In this document: piece by piece, positions 1 through 11,659 of the stretch | Position numbering within the stretch: the first letter of the stretch is position 1 | How the letters are laid out: every line of letters begins with the position of its first letter | Assembly: GCF_006345805.1 (NCBI RefSeq) | Contig: NC_043008.1 | Coordinates: 35,154,001-35,218,000 of the forward strand | Origin: Octopus sinensis | Taxonomy: Eukaryota | Length of the DNA stretch: 64,000 bases | Direction: 5' to 3' | Position numbers and translations under genes: made by a program | Notes under the pieces: generated by a model | What the model saw: the letters and a program-made list of their open reading frames with translations, nothing else | Told to the model about the DNA's origin: nothing | Database searches by the model: none

Positions 1-479
1 ACATCTGTATTTCGTTTTGAATTATTGACGCAATGATCCTCAAAAACAATATGTATATATATATAGGAGAGGAAAATTATAATAAGGCAGAATGCTAAAT
101 TGAAGTAAATTTTAATAAAAATGGGTGTATGAAAAATTAAAAAAGAAAAAATAATAAATCAAAACGGCTTTCATTGCAAGGCAAATTTTCAAGATTTGGA
201 AGGGGAATTTATTTTTTAAATTGAGGAAGGGGAAAAGGAAATTTAAAAAGTTTTTCAAAAAAAATAATAATACATATATACTAAAATTTAATAAATAAGT
301 ATACCAATACATTGTAGAGTCTTTATGCTTTTAGAGTTCAATAATAGTCCTTGGAAAAACTTATTTGGAGGATTAGGATGAATGTGTTTAAATGTAGTGT
401 ATATTTTGAAAGAGTGGGGTGATTGTGTGTCAACACAACCCTGCCATTTACTGACTTATATATATATATATATAAAGTT

Positions 480-679
480 AATCCAAACAAGAAAGCACAA
501 AAAATCACAACAACGCGAGGATGTGGAACAAATATAGTATTATTGGATGCTCAGGAAAGAAGAAGGGTCTAACGTTTCGAGCGGAGCTCTTCGTCGGAAA
601 CATAGGAGAAGGAAAGATCCAGAGAAGGGAAGACAGAGGAAAAAAAATCGCCAACGGTACACACGCGGTCACATTTTGA

Positions 680-680
<1 letters not shown>
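480..680 (-). mobile_element. Penelope-like (PLE) pLTR-type fragment carrying a minimal hammerhead motif
   Basis: Contains the minus-strand motif CCGACGA-A-GAGC-TCC-GCTC-GAAACGTT and is flanked by (TA)n/(TACA)n. Shares AACGTTTCGAGC and the upstream GCTC(A/G)GGAA with 21920-22110. Confidence 0.55.
567..601 (-). ncRNA. Minimal type I hammerhead ribozyme motif (U4C core variant)
   Basis: Minus strand reads GTTT|CCGACGA|A|GAGC-TCC-GCTC|GAA|ACGT|T|AGAC. Stem I is GTTT/AGAC, stem II GAGC/GCTC, helix III the palindrome ACGT. Confidence 0.55.
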
Positions 681-838
<158 letters not shown>

Positions 839-1579
839 CATACGACGGGCTTTCAGTTACAAAATCCAAGTAATTTTGTATTTGTCTTGAGAATGATGGC
901 AAATTTACGTTCGGGCAGAACACTTCGTTCTATGTGTATGAGTGTATAAGTACACACACACGCGCGCGCGTACACACACACACATGTAAGGAGAATAAGC
1001 GGGAGAAAGAGAGTGATATGGGATGAGAAATAACTGTATTAACGATGGTGGAGAGGATAAAATGTAGAAGCTTCAAACTGGCTTGGACTTAAATGGTATA
1101 AATATCGTATATGGTATTGGAGACGAAAACTATTGTAGTGAAAATAAAAAGGATAAATACAGAGAGACAAAGAGAGAAAGAGAGAGCGAGAGAGAGAGAA
1201 AGAGAGATAAAGAGAAAGAGGAAGAGAGAGAAAGAGAAAGAGAAAGAGGGAGAGTCGATGTTAGAGAGAGAGAGGTAGGAGGAATAGGAGATGGAGAATT
1301 AGAAAGGAAGGACAAATGACAGGTGACTGGATATTTGAAAGAGTTTGTCATGTTAATCCATTAGAAAATTATCTGCATTTGCAGATATACTACAACTAAG
1401 AGATAAGTAAAGATACATCGATTAACAACGTTAATCTCAATAGCAGTTCTTCAGTTATTGAAAACGTGACGTAGTTCCAACGATGAGATTAACCTATTAA
1501 GATTAGCCTTATTTAGAAGCATGTTCCACGAAGAATATTTGCTAAGTACCATGGTGCTAAACGTATATATATATACGGG

Positions 1580-2390
1580 CAACAGCAACACCAGGACTAC
1601 GGCCGGGGATGACTATTGCAAAAACTACAATGATATCGCAGGACCCACGATCTGTAATAACAACACCGATGACAGCTCCAATAATGGCAGCAGCAACAAC
1701 AACTCCAAGCCTGGAGCCAACAGAACACTACCATCGGAGATACATCGGTTCGGTCAACACTGCCTTTTAGCGACGCCTGTACAACCACAGGTCCTCTTTT
1801 AGGGTTCTGGAAATACGTTATGTCACGTCTCTGGCCATCCACATGTAACGCCTTAAAGATGAAAGAACTCCGTTCAAAATTAAATGGCGGATCATAGAAC
1901 ATCCGGAGTCCTATATAAACGGGAACCGACGATGCAAGCTTTGCATAACAGAGCGGGAAAGGACCCTTAAAAACTCGCTGGACGCCGGGGATTTCACTTA
2001 AACTCAAGACACGAGATCTATATTCCCATTCCCTATTTCAAACGCTACCTGCTGCAGGAGTGGGAGTCCCCGATCGTCGATTAGGGCAGTAAAAATATTC
2101 GTAGACTGGAACAAGCCTAAGGGCTGAAATTCCGTTTGCCCTTTAGATCCATAAGATTTGCTCACCGGACTGGTCTGCGGGATATAAGTCATCCAGTTTA
2201 AAGTTCAGAAATTAACTGACTATAACGGTTTTCTACTTCCAGTGTCAAGAGAGGTTATATGCCTGCGACCATTGGAGTCTGACGAGTCTTCTATAAAGCT
2301 AAGTGCTTTATGGATGCAAAACCATTGGTCACTCTATGTCCGGACATATATTTAACTTCATGTAGACACACATACACACACGCACACACA
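1580..2390 (+). mobile_element. Penelope-like element 3' remnant: GIY-YIG endonuclease pseudogene plus 3' region with hammerhead
   Basis: The frame at 1738 reads RYIGSVNTAF*RRLYNHRSSFRVLEIRYVTSLAIHM*RLKDERTPFKIKWRIIEHPESYINGNRRCKLCITE, then after a frameshift LNSRHEIY. YIG is at 1741-1749. Second copy at about 38400-39380. Confidence 0.85.
2274..2335 (+). ncRNA. Type I hammerhead ribozyme motif, decayed (G12A)
   Basis: GGAGT|CTGACGA|long stem II (..ATAAAGC-TAAGT-GCTTTAT..)|AAA(A)CCA-T-TGGT|C|ACTCT. Stem I is GGAGT/ACTCT. The paralog at 39321 retains GAAAC. Confidence 0.65.
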
Positions 2391-2634
2391 CACATACACA
2401 CACGCATGTATACACACACGTTCCAGCAGCTGTAGTCCATTGACCTGAATGGAGTAAATATCCCAGTAAACCAATGATGCGACACAATGAAATGCCGAAC
2501 TTGACTGACAAGATTTGAACTCGGTCATTAATCAGCGAAATGAATTATACCTTAGCGCCTTGCTATCTTTGCCGTCTTGAAAGACCGAATGATGATATCA
2601 CAATAAATCAGATGAAGATAATTGTAATAATCCA

Positions 2635-2790
2635 TCCATTTATAGGCACAAGGCCTGAAATTTTGGGAAAGAAGGATACTCAATTACTGTGACTCCAGTA
2701 CTCAGCTGGTACTTATTTCATGGACCCCAAAATATTAAAGGCAAAGTCGACCACGGTGGAATTTAAATTCAGAACGTCACCTTAAATTTT
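2635..2790 (-). mobile_element. tRNA-derived SINE family A (variant tail), partial
   Basis: Reverse complement of the core GGCAAAGTCGAC..GGAATTT.A..TCAGAACGT and tail TATAGGCACAAGGCCTGAAATTT. Confidence 0.7.
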
Positions 2791-2878
2791 AATTCAGATC
2801 GCCACCTTAAAGATAATAGTAATCATAAGGGTTACAAATTTTGGACAGAAGATTAGGGTTAGTTGCATGATTATATAA

Positions 2879-4084
2879 ACCGGGTGCGAAGGGTATTTGA
2901 GGACAGTTTTGGAATAATATAAAACGACTTTATATCAGCATAAATAAATATGTATTTGAATAAAAAATTGTGCAATTAGTCTTGATAATGATTTTTTAAG
3001 TAACTTATTCTATGAAACTGCCTTCAGCTTCCATACGGGACCGAAACCGCCTGCATACTGACGCTATATGGTCCATATTCATTTCGGACAATGGCAGTCT
3101 TCAGTGAAGCTATGGTATTATGAGGATGACGATTAGTCTCCCTTTCAACAGCGCTTCATACATAGTAGTCCATGGGTTCAAATCTGGCGAGTTTGGAGGC
3201 CACATATTGGGTGTTACATAATCGTAAAGATTGTCTGGCAACCGTTCTTGGGTGACTAAGGCTTTATGAGAAGGTGCCGAGTCTTGTTGAAACACGAATG
3301 GCCTTTCATTACATACTTCATCAATCCAGGACTTGATAACAATTTCCAGTACCTCAATGTATTCAGCAGCATTAAATCTAAGAACCTGTGGAAAAAAGTG
3401 GGGAGGCATCACAAGACTTTCGCTACTCACCAATCTAAAAGCCATCACAGTTGCTAGAGATTTCGTGTACTTCAGAAGGATCTGCACATAACCCCCTGTC
3501 ATTTCTTCTGTTAGACTTTTGATCCTGCTCAAAGTTGTTTTCGTCAAAGAAAAACCAGAGCATGCCTTATTCATGAGGGTGTTTTCACTTTGTTAAGAAA
3601 TTGTTTTGAACGGTGACACGATTTTCCTGTGTCTTTGCAGACACAAATTGGACATGTATCGAATGTCACTATATACCAGTTCTGAGAGTCCACTCTGACA
3701 CCTGAAGTTCTTTAGCAATGAACATCATTGATCTTCTGGGGTTTTCCTCGATAATGTTTTGAACATGTATAAATTCCGGTGTCCTTTTTGTGTCTGAGCG
3801 TTCTGAATGTTTGTTTTTCTTTTTGATATAGGTGAAATATTACCATGACATGCGTCCAATTCCAAGCGAATTTTGTGTACAAATGATCTTACAACAGTTA
3901 CAAAGTTGCTAATCTCTAAATCACTGTGGTTTGCACGTATAGCAACTATGACAGCATGTTTTTCATTTCTTGAGTTAGCATGATATCTTGAAAGGGTTAT
4001 CTGAAAAAAAAAAAGATACATTAAATGATTTGAAGGTGTAATGAACTAAAAGTGAAATGTCCTCAAACACCCCTCGCACACTGT
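2879..4084 (-). mobile_element. Tc1/mariner-superfamily DNA transposon, maT (DD37D)-type, complete length but degenerate
   Basis: ORF 3110-3574(-) has FQQDSAPSH...WPPNSPDLNP; restoring a 1-nt deletion gives PLDYY, 37 residues after the second D. TIRs 2879-2905 and 4058-4084 match 23/27. N-terminal remnant in ORF 3725-4021. Confidence 0.85.
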
Positions 4085-4204
4085 TTTCTAAAAGCATTAA
4101 AATCAGTCTCTCGTATAATTGAGAGAATTAATAGAACTCGCTGATTAGTTGTGTTCGTGCAACATCGTACAAGAAGCAAATGAATTGTGTAAATGTGAAA
4201 TTAT

Positions 4205-4206
4205 AA

Positions 4207-4264
<58 letters not shown>

Positions 4265-4265
4265 A

Positions 4266-4296
<31 letters not shown>

Positions 4297-4301
4297 ATAT
4301 G

Positions 4302-4332
<31 letters not shown>

Positions 4333-4425
4333 TATATATATATGCATACATACATACGTACGTACATACATACGTACATACATACATACATATATATACA
4401 TACATACATATATACATATACATAA
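4205..4425. repeat. Compound (TA)n/(TG)n/(TACA)n microsatellite
   Basis: Direct reading. Confidence 0.95.
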
Positions 4426-5429
4426 CTCTTAATGTTTCATCCAAACCGTTGCAGGACAACAAGCGAAGGGGAGCTTCCTGCGATTCTGCTTTCTGGGAAT
4501 GCCACAGCATGGGCAGAAGTTATGACGTAAATATAGGAGTTTTCTTTTGGAAAGTTAAAAAATATATATAACAAATAACCAAGAAATCCGTATAAGTGTA
4601 GAGTCATGTCTTACCTTTTTTTTCTCTTTTTTGTAGTTACTGAAAAAATAAATTCTATGGAGCATAAGGTCATGGAGTTTCCCCCAGATAGAAATCACAG
4701 AACTGCAAAAATATTATATATATAAATATATATATATAACCTACATTTCAGGTTTTTACAGACACACAAGTGTATCTCTATAACCTTAGTACTTTCATGC
4801 ACAGATACATGACACACAGACACACACACACATGTACGCACACGCTCGTACACCGAGAACGAGAGGGTAAGACAGAGAGGGTGTGTGTGTTTGTGTGAGA
4901 GAGAAAGAGTGACATATCTATATTAATAAATATTTTGTTCTTCACATATACTTAGTAGAAAGCTTTCTATTAACGTCAGGCACCTGACAATATCCTGTCT
5001 TTATTAAAGCATAATTTCCGTATGTGCATCTAATTTTGCATGTTGTTGTTGCTTTTTTTTTGCATATATTTCCAACCTTATTTTTGATGCACTCAACTAA
5101 TTTAGCATAGATTATTTACCATTTAATGGTGCTGAAGACGATATATGCAGAAACAGAACATATAAAAGTGGTAAACAAAACAAGAAAACTATGTTCGTTA
5201 TAAGAATTGCTTACATTTCTAGTAAAACTATTCGACGTCTCTTTGATGTTGTTAATATTAAAAGACAGAGACGATGTCTTCTATTTTGTAATGGTTAGTA
5301 TGCTTAACCGTTATAAAGAAATCGATACAAGGAGATACATAACGCAACACTGTGTCTTCTTTATATTATGTTTCGCTCGTAATGAAGACATTTTGTTTGC
5401 CTTGTCTTTGTCGCATCTCTGGTGTACCG

Positions 5430-5444
5430 GTAGTAGTAGTAGTG

Positions 5445-5493
<49 letters not shown>

Positions 5494-5535
5494 AGTTGGT
5501 GGTGGACGCGATGATGGTGTAGATGGTGGAGGTGC
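5430..5535. repeat. (AGT)n trinucleotide repeat grading into GGT/GAT
   Basis: Direct reading. Confidence 0.9.
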
Positions 5536-5802
5536 AGTTGCCGTGTTTGTTATCTGAGAATGTGAAGAGGGGGTGTTGTTGGCATATAAAGGGGGGCAAA
5601 AAAGAAACCATTCCTAAATTGGTTTGCTTTTAGGTAGTGTAGCGACAAATATAGTATGAGGGGTTGGTGGTGCGCGTGCGCGTGTGTATGTGTGTGTGTG
5701 AGTTGGAATGCTCTGTTCGATCAAATGTTTGTTGCGACTACATAATAATGCATCAACATAATACCTTATATAAAGACCTGCATAGATATATATGGGCACA
5801 CA

Positions 5803-5843
<41 letters not shown>

Positions 5844-5899
5844 ACACGCATATACACAGATGTGCGCACTCGGATATATACATATATCCGAGTTTTTGG

Positions 5900-5933
<34 letters not shown>

Positions 5934-5999
5934 GGCTACATATAGCCATCTGTGCATAATACTTAATGTAGATACATCGCGAGAAAGGTAAATTAAATA

Positions 6000-6091
6000 C
6001 GGTAGTCACCCGGAGATAATATCTTCTGATATATTTTTGTGTTTTTAAACACGGTACACCTATAAGAGATATTATCTTCGGACGACTACTG
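6000..6091. mobile_element. 92-bp MITE-like inverted repeat with Tc1/mariner-like termini
   Basis: Arms 6000-6027 and 6065-6091 match 23/28. Terminus C(A/G)GTAGTC; TA on the left flank, CA on the right. Confidence 0.55.
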
Positions 6092-6538
6092 CAGTTAATT
6101 GGTCGTTTTGCGACGCACCGGTATTAGACATGGCACGCAGATGGGTATTGGGTATTCTAATTGAATACCGAGTCTGTTGCATATAACAGATATATACGCA
6201 CACATAAACACCTACATAAATACATACATACATACATACATACATACATACATACATACATACATACATACATACATACATACATTACACACACACACAC
6301 ATGTGTTGTTGACGTCGAGAGAACTTATAAATTTGCGAGAGAACGTGAATTTGGGGGAATAGTTGATCTCGAAGCACATAACTATTGAAACAGTGGCATG
6401 CTCCAAAATAGGATTATGAATATTTCTCTAGTTACATCGTACGAGGAAAAGGGGAGACAGAAGAACAGAAACAGAGGGGGTATTTACATAAGAAGTAGAG
6501 ACGAGAGCATACGAAAGGCTTTGTTGCAGGCAATGAGT

Positions 6539-6772
6539 GGAGGCGCGTGGCTTAGTGGTTAGGCTGTTGTACTCGTGAATAGAAAGTTGTGGTCTTGATT
6601 CCTGGTCTGCGTGGTGCATTGTCTTCTTGACAAAAACACGTAATTGCTCCAGTCCACTCAGCTGGCAAAAATAAATAGTCCTGCAACGGATCGGAGTCAC
6701 GTCCCAGAAGTTGGGGTAAGATATACTCCTCAGAATCCAGAAACCCATCCTTATGAACCTATGGCTTGAGAA
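6539..6772 (+). mobile_element. tRNA-derived SINE (GGAGGCGCGTGGCTTAGTGGTTAG head)
   Basis: A-box head GTGGCTTAGTGG, CTCCAGTCCACTCAGCTGGCAAAAAT body, ATGGCTTGAGAAG tail. Confidence 0.7.
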
Positions 6773-7069
6773 GTATTTGTGATCTTTTTTGATACACACA
6801 TACGCACACCCATACACATACATGCATACATAAACATATATAATTAAATGTATTTGTGTGTTTTTATATATATATATTTATATATATACACACACATAAA
6901 ACATATATTTAAATGTATGTTTGTGCGTGTGTGTATATATATATATATACATACATACAACATAGGTAACACACATACACATACACACACACAAACACAC
7001 GCATACACACTCGCACACACACACACACACATATATTGCTACCAAAACCCCAGGACAACATCTTCGCTA

Positions 7070-7089
7070 TAATAATAATAATAATAATA

Positions 7090-7130
<41 letters not shown>

Positions 7131-7147
7131 TAATAATAATAATAATA
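7070..7147. repeat. (TAA)n microsatellite at the 5' junction of the Dong-like element
   Basis: Direct reading. Confidence 0.95.
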
Positions 7148-9200
7148 GGGTGCAAAGATAAATTACTCATAAATGAAATGATTGCAGAGAATTGCTGGAA
7201 CAAAAATAGGAACCTGAGTATGGCATGGATAGACTACAGCAAAGCGTTTGATAGTGTTACGCATAATTGACTACTCAAGGTCCTTGAGATATATAAGATC
7301 TCTCCTGACATCTCCAAATTCTTACAAGGTAGCATGGTCAAGTGCAATTCACATCTCCTAAACCATAGTAATGAGATGAGTCAAGTTAGCGACATCAACA
7401 CCAGACGAGGCACCTTTCAAAGTGACTCATTTCGTGACTCTGATTCCAGTATCAAACGAACTGAATAACACCAGGAATGGGTACAAAATTTATAACACTG
7501 TTTTATATGGACGATCTAAAGCTATTTGCTAGAAATAATCAAGAGATATTAGGGCTTTTAACAACTGTTAAATAAATTAGAAATGACATCGGGCTGGACT
7601 TTGGCCTCGATAAGTGTGTTAAAGCAACTTTTGAAAGAGGCAACCCAGACAAACAGCTTCTATTAAATTAGATACCGAGGCTACCATCAAGGAACTTGAC
7701 CCACAAGAAAGTTGTAAATACCTGGGGATAAACGAAGGAGATAGTATACAACATGCTACTAGGAAGGAAAAAATAAGAAAAGAGTACTATAAGAGAATAA
7801 GACTCATACTGAATATTAAACTCAATTCGAAAAATCGCATCGAAGCCATTTATACTCACACAGTTTTAACATCATTAACTGAAATCTTACGGAATTCCAA
7901 CGCCTGAATAGGAAGTCAAGAAAATGACTAACATCTAAGAACGTGCACCACCCAAAGCATACGTTGATCGTCTGTACCTACATAGAAGTAACGGGGAAAG
8001 AGAAATGATGCGGGTATAACTGTGCTATAAGACCGGCACAATAGCAATGAGCAGGTACTTAGTTAGTACAGAGGGTTGGATGCTGCGGTTTGTGTGCAAA
8101 CACGAAAGCAGCAAAATGTCATGTTCTATTGCCAGAGAAGCTTGCAAATTCACAAGGGAACGTGGCCGTAACCCTGAATTAGAGGAAGAACCTGAAACCA
8201 CTGCACCAAACAAGCAAAACATCAAGCAGACCGCAAAACAGAACCGGCAGAAACAAACTGAGGAGCGATGGATCCAAAAGCCTTTGCATGGACAGTATAT
8301 ATTTCGAAGTCGAAATACTGACGTAGACCAAGCAACAGCCAATCAGCGGCTGAGAAGTTCAGGACTGAAAGCAGAGACTGAAGGTTATATATTGGCGACA
8401 CAAAATCAAAGCTTTCTTATCAGAAACTACCAGGCTATCGTTCTTGAAAACGGTTCTGACCCTAAATGCAGATTATACGACACATTTGACGAATCAATAA
8501 AGCATCTTGTTTCGAGATGTCCTGTGCTGACAACAAACAAATACAAAAATCGCCTTGATAGAGTAGGACAGTATTTACATTGGAAAATATGTAAACACTA
8601 CAAAATCGACACTCCAGCTTACTGGTATGAACATTATCCTGAGCCAGTCGTTGAATGTAAAAATGTCGCTATCTTCTGGGATTTTCCAGTCAACATCGAC
8701 CAAATGATCCAGGTTAATAGACCAGACATAGTCATTAAAGACAGAAAAGAAAATACTTGTAGACTAATAGATGTAAGTGTTCCCACTGATAAAAATACAT
8801 CTGTGAAGGAACTTGATAAATTAAGTAAATACAAGATCTGAAAATTGAAATACAAAAGATGTGGCATCCTAAAGCAAGAACTGTTCCTGTTATTGTAGGT
8901 GCCCTAGGTACGATAAAAAAGGGATGTTAGAAACATCTAGAAACATCCCAGGAGAACCATGTCTCAGAGAAATCCAAAAGATTGTGCTGATAAGTACTGC
9001 CCACATCCTTAGAAAAACCCTATCAATTTAATTGTCTGTGTTGTATTATATGAAGATATTTCGCTACTGCCCCTGACACTTCTCCACTCCAATCTTTCAG
9101 TCATTCTGTAACATTTCTTATCCTTTACTCGCCCAAGGACGCTCTGTGTGTCTCGAAATGTGATTGTAACAAACATGTAGATTAAAACTAATTAACAACA
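7148..9200 (+). mobile_element. 5'-truncated R4/Dong-clade non-LTR retrotransposon (RT + zinc knuckle + restriction-like endonuclease), pseudogenised
   Basis: GCKDKLLINEMI..AWIDYSKAFDSV from 7148; YMDD at 7504-7515; FGLDKC; YLGI. ORF 8047-8841 has GLKAETEGYILATQNQ, CRL(Y)..H..SRC, R(L)DRVGQYLHW, RPDIVIKD, IDVSVP, KLSKY. C-terminus STAHILRKTLSI* ends at 9031. Confidence 0.92.
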
Positions 9201-9236
9201 ACAATAACAACAGCAGCAGTAGCAACAACAACAACA

Positions 9237-9437
9237 ATTCTTTCTACTATAGGCACAAAGCCCAAACTTTAGGGGAGGGGATAGTTGATTACATCGAATC
9301 CAGTATACACCTTCTACTTATTTTATCGACCCCGGAAGGATGAGAAGCAAAGTCGATTTCGGCAGAATTTGAACCCGGAACGCGATGACGGACGAAAACT
9401 GCTAAACATTTTGCCCGGCGTGCTAACGATTCCGCCT
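9237..9437 (-). mobile_element. SINE family A (variant tail)
   Basis: Reverse complement of AAGGCGG..CGTTAGCACGCCGGGCAAAATG..TCATCCTTCCGGGGTCGATAAAATAAGTA. Confidence 0.85.
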
Positions 9438-9463
9438 TAATAATAATAATAATAATAATAATG

Positions 9464-9498
<35 letters not shown>

Positions 9499-9513
9499 AA
9501 TATAATAATAATA

Positions 9514-9549
<36 letters not shown>

Positions 9550-9719
9550 TAATAATAATAATAATGATGATGATGATGATGTTGATAATAATAATAATAT
9601 AATAATAATATAATAATATAATAATAATATAATAATAATAATAATATTAATAATAATAATAATAATAATAATAATTATATTATTATTATATTATTATTAT
9701 TATTATATTATTATTATTA

Positions 9720-9753
<34 letters not shown>

Positions 9754-9760
9754 GTTATTA
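9438..9760. repeat. (TAA)n switching to (TTA)n (inverted trinucleotide tract)
   Basis: Polarity switch near 9675. Confidence 0.9.
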
Positions 9761-10100
9761 GTGTGCACATCTGATCATGAGCAGAAGTAGTGGGGGCGCA
9801 TCACGGCCGTGTGTTGAAAGGAATTCTTGGAGGTTTGGATAATTCACCTTGGGAAACATGGGTGGTTCGTTCAACATCCTTAAACAACCCTTATTCAGGG
9901 TCCTTTTGAGTGGGATGGGCTACTTGACCAGAAGAAAATTCTAACTGGGCCCCACATGCAAGATTATGAGATCACCATGTTGCGCACATGTTGTGATGCA
10001 TGTGCCTGGTGTACCCTTATCAGACGGGTAATCATGATGGGTATACTGGGCTTCGTATATTTTACCCCAGTGTCACTTTGATGGCATGCACTGCTCTCTC
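9761..10100. repeat. Unclassified non-simple segment embedded in TAA/TTA microsatellite, probable interspersed repeat
   Basis: Mixed-composition 340-bp island bounded by (TTA)n and (TAA)n. No ORF or SINE head recognised; only one copy in the window. Confidence 0.35.
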
Positions 10101-10166
<66 letters not shown>

Positions 10167-10310
10167 TAGGCACTGCACACATCCTACGCAGAACACTTTC
10201 CATACAATAACCATCAGAGCATCACAACAAATCACAGCACATACCCAAGGCACACAGAGCTGCGCTCGGTAGTGAAGTGAAAGCACGCTATAAAAATAAA
10301 ACTACTGAAT
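10167..10310 (+). mobile_element. Extremely 5'-truncated R4/Dong-type 3' end
   Basis: 10169-10210 encodes GTAHILRRTLSIQ*, matching STAHILRKTLSI* at about 8995-9031. Different 3' UTR; (TAA)n on both sides. Confidence 0.8.
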
Positions 10311-11364
10311 AATAATAATAATAATAATAATAACACCAACAACAATAATGAAAATAACTGGGAATCGAAAGCAGCTCACTAACTCATTTCACTAGCAACC
10401 TACTCCGAGTTGCTTGCGGCGCAGTCTACGACGACTGATGTATAATCTAATTGGAGAAAATTTATTCTTCAAAACTTGTTAATTTATTCACTGGATGTTA
10501 TAGGAAAATACAACTCTTACAATTCACAGGATGCGAATGATTGAACATCAAACGTTTCTGGGAATTTCTTTTGACAATAGGTGGCTTGATGCCATATTAT
10601 AGCGCTAATGATAAATCATATTTCGCATGGATGTAAATGAATAAGTTATTCAGAAAAATAGTTCTTCTCATTGACTGCTGAATTAGAAAGTATATAATCT
10701 TCGTGCTATGAATAATATGTCTTTCAGAGCTGTATGATAAAATTTTGGGCAAGTATTTTGATTTTTGGCGGTCTTATTTATTAATAAAAAAGAAAATCCA
10801 CTTTAATATCGATCTTGATTTAATTAAATGAATTATGCCACACATTTCTACTTTTTTTATATTTCAATTTTATGAATAGGATGAAATGAAGAAGAAATGG
10901 TCGTCAGAGAGACTGGTTCATCTTCTTTTATTCTCGCGTGAGTGGATTCAATTAAATCATAGTAAGTCACTCAATTACTTGTCAGTTTCCAGTGAATTCT
11001 CCCTTCGACTATCGACATGTTGATTTATCCTCCTTTGTTATTCGATCTTGACAGAGCCACCTGAGGCAGGAAACATTCTACCGCTTCGTCCTTTAATGTT
11101 ATTTGCAAATACCATCTTCAGAATTTCTGTATTGTGTACGTTGTACTGTCTTTAACAATTAACTTGATTCAGAACAAAATTTTAAATATAGCTTGAATAC
11201 GAATTACGTTTATGAAATTATATGTCTCTCCTGTTAGACAGAAGTTCAATACTTGAATATATTAAATCAAAAATAAATGGATTAATATAGAATTCTGAGT
11301 CTAAATCTGTAGATTTCTATCATTAGACGGATATAAATTTATTCTTAGCTATATTAACAGAAGC

Positions 11365-11530
11365 ACAGGCGTGGCTGTGTGGTAAGAAGTTTGCTTTCCA
11401 ACCGTATGGTCTTGGTTTCAGACCCACTGCGCTGCACTTTAGAATAGTGCTTTCTACTATATCCCCGAGAGTCGACTAAAGCTTTGTGAGCAGATTTGGT
11501 AGACAAGTTTCTTTCGGTTTCCATCTACCA
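11365..11530 (+). mobile_element. SINE family B 5' part
   Basis: GGCGTGGCTGTGTGGTAAGAAG.TTGCTT head; GATTTGGTAGAC.. Confidence 0.75.
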
Positions 11531-11659
11531 AAAATAAGACTACCCAGAATAACACTATCAAACATTGAACTTTTCAGTTCACTTCCAAAGCCTGTAATGG
11601 TGACATCACGAATAAAGCTGCACATATTCCTATAGCCTGGATCAACTTATAATACAATT

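Noticed and set aside
3082-3104. CTGAAGA..GAAA hammerhead look-alike on the minus strand
   Set aside because: Stem II does not pair and the sequence is maT transposase C-terminal coding (LKTAIVR)
8047-8841. 264-aa ORF as a host gene
   Set aside because: It is the zinc-knuckle/RLE part of the Dong-like element, with frameshifts on both sides
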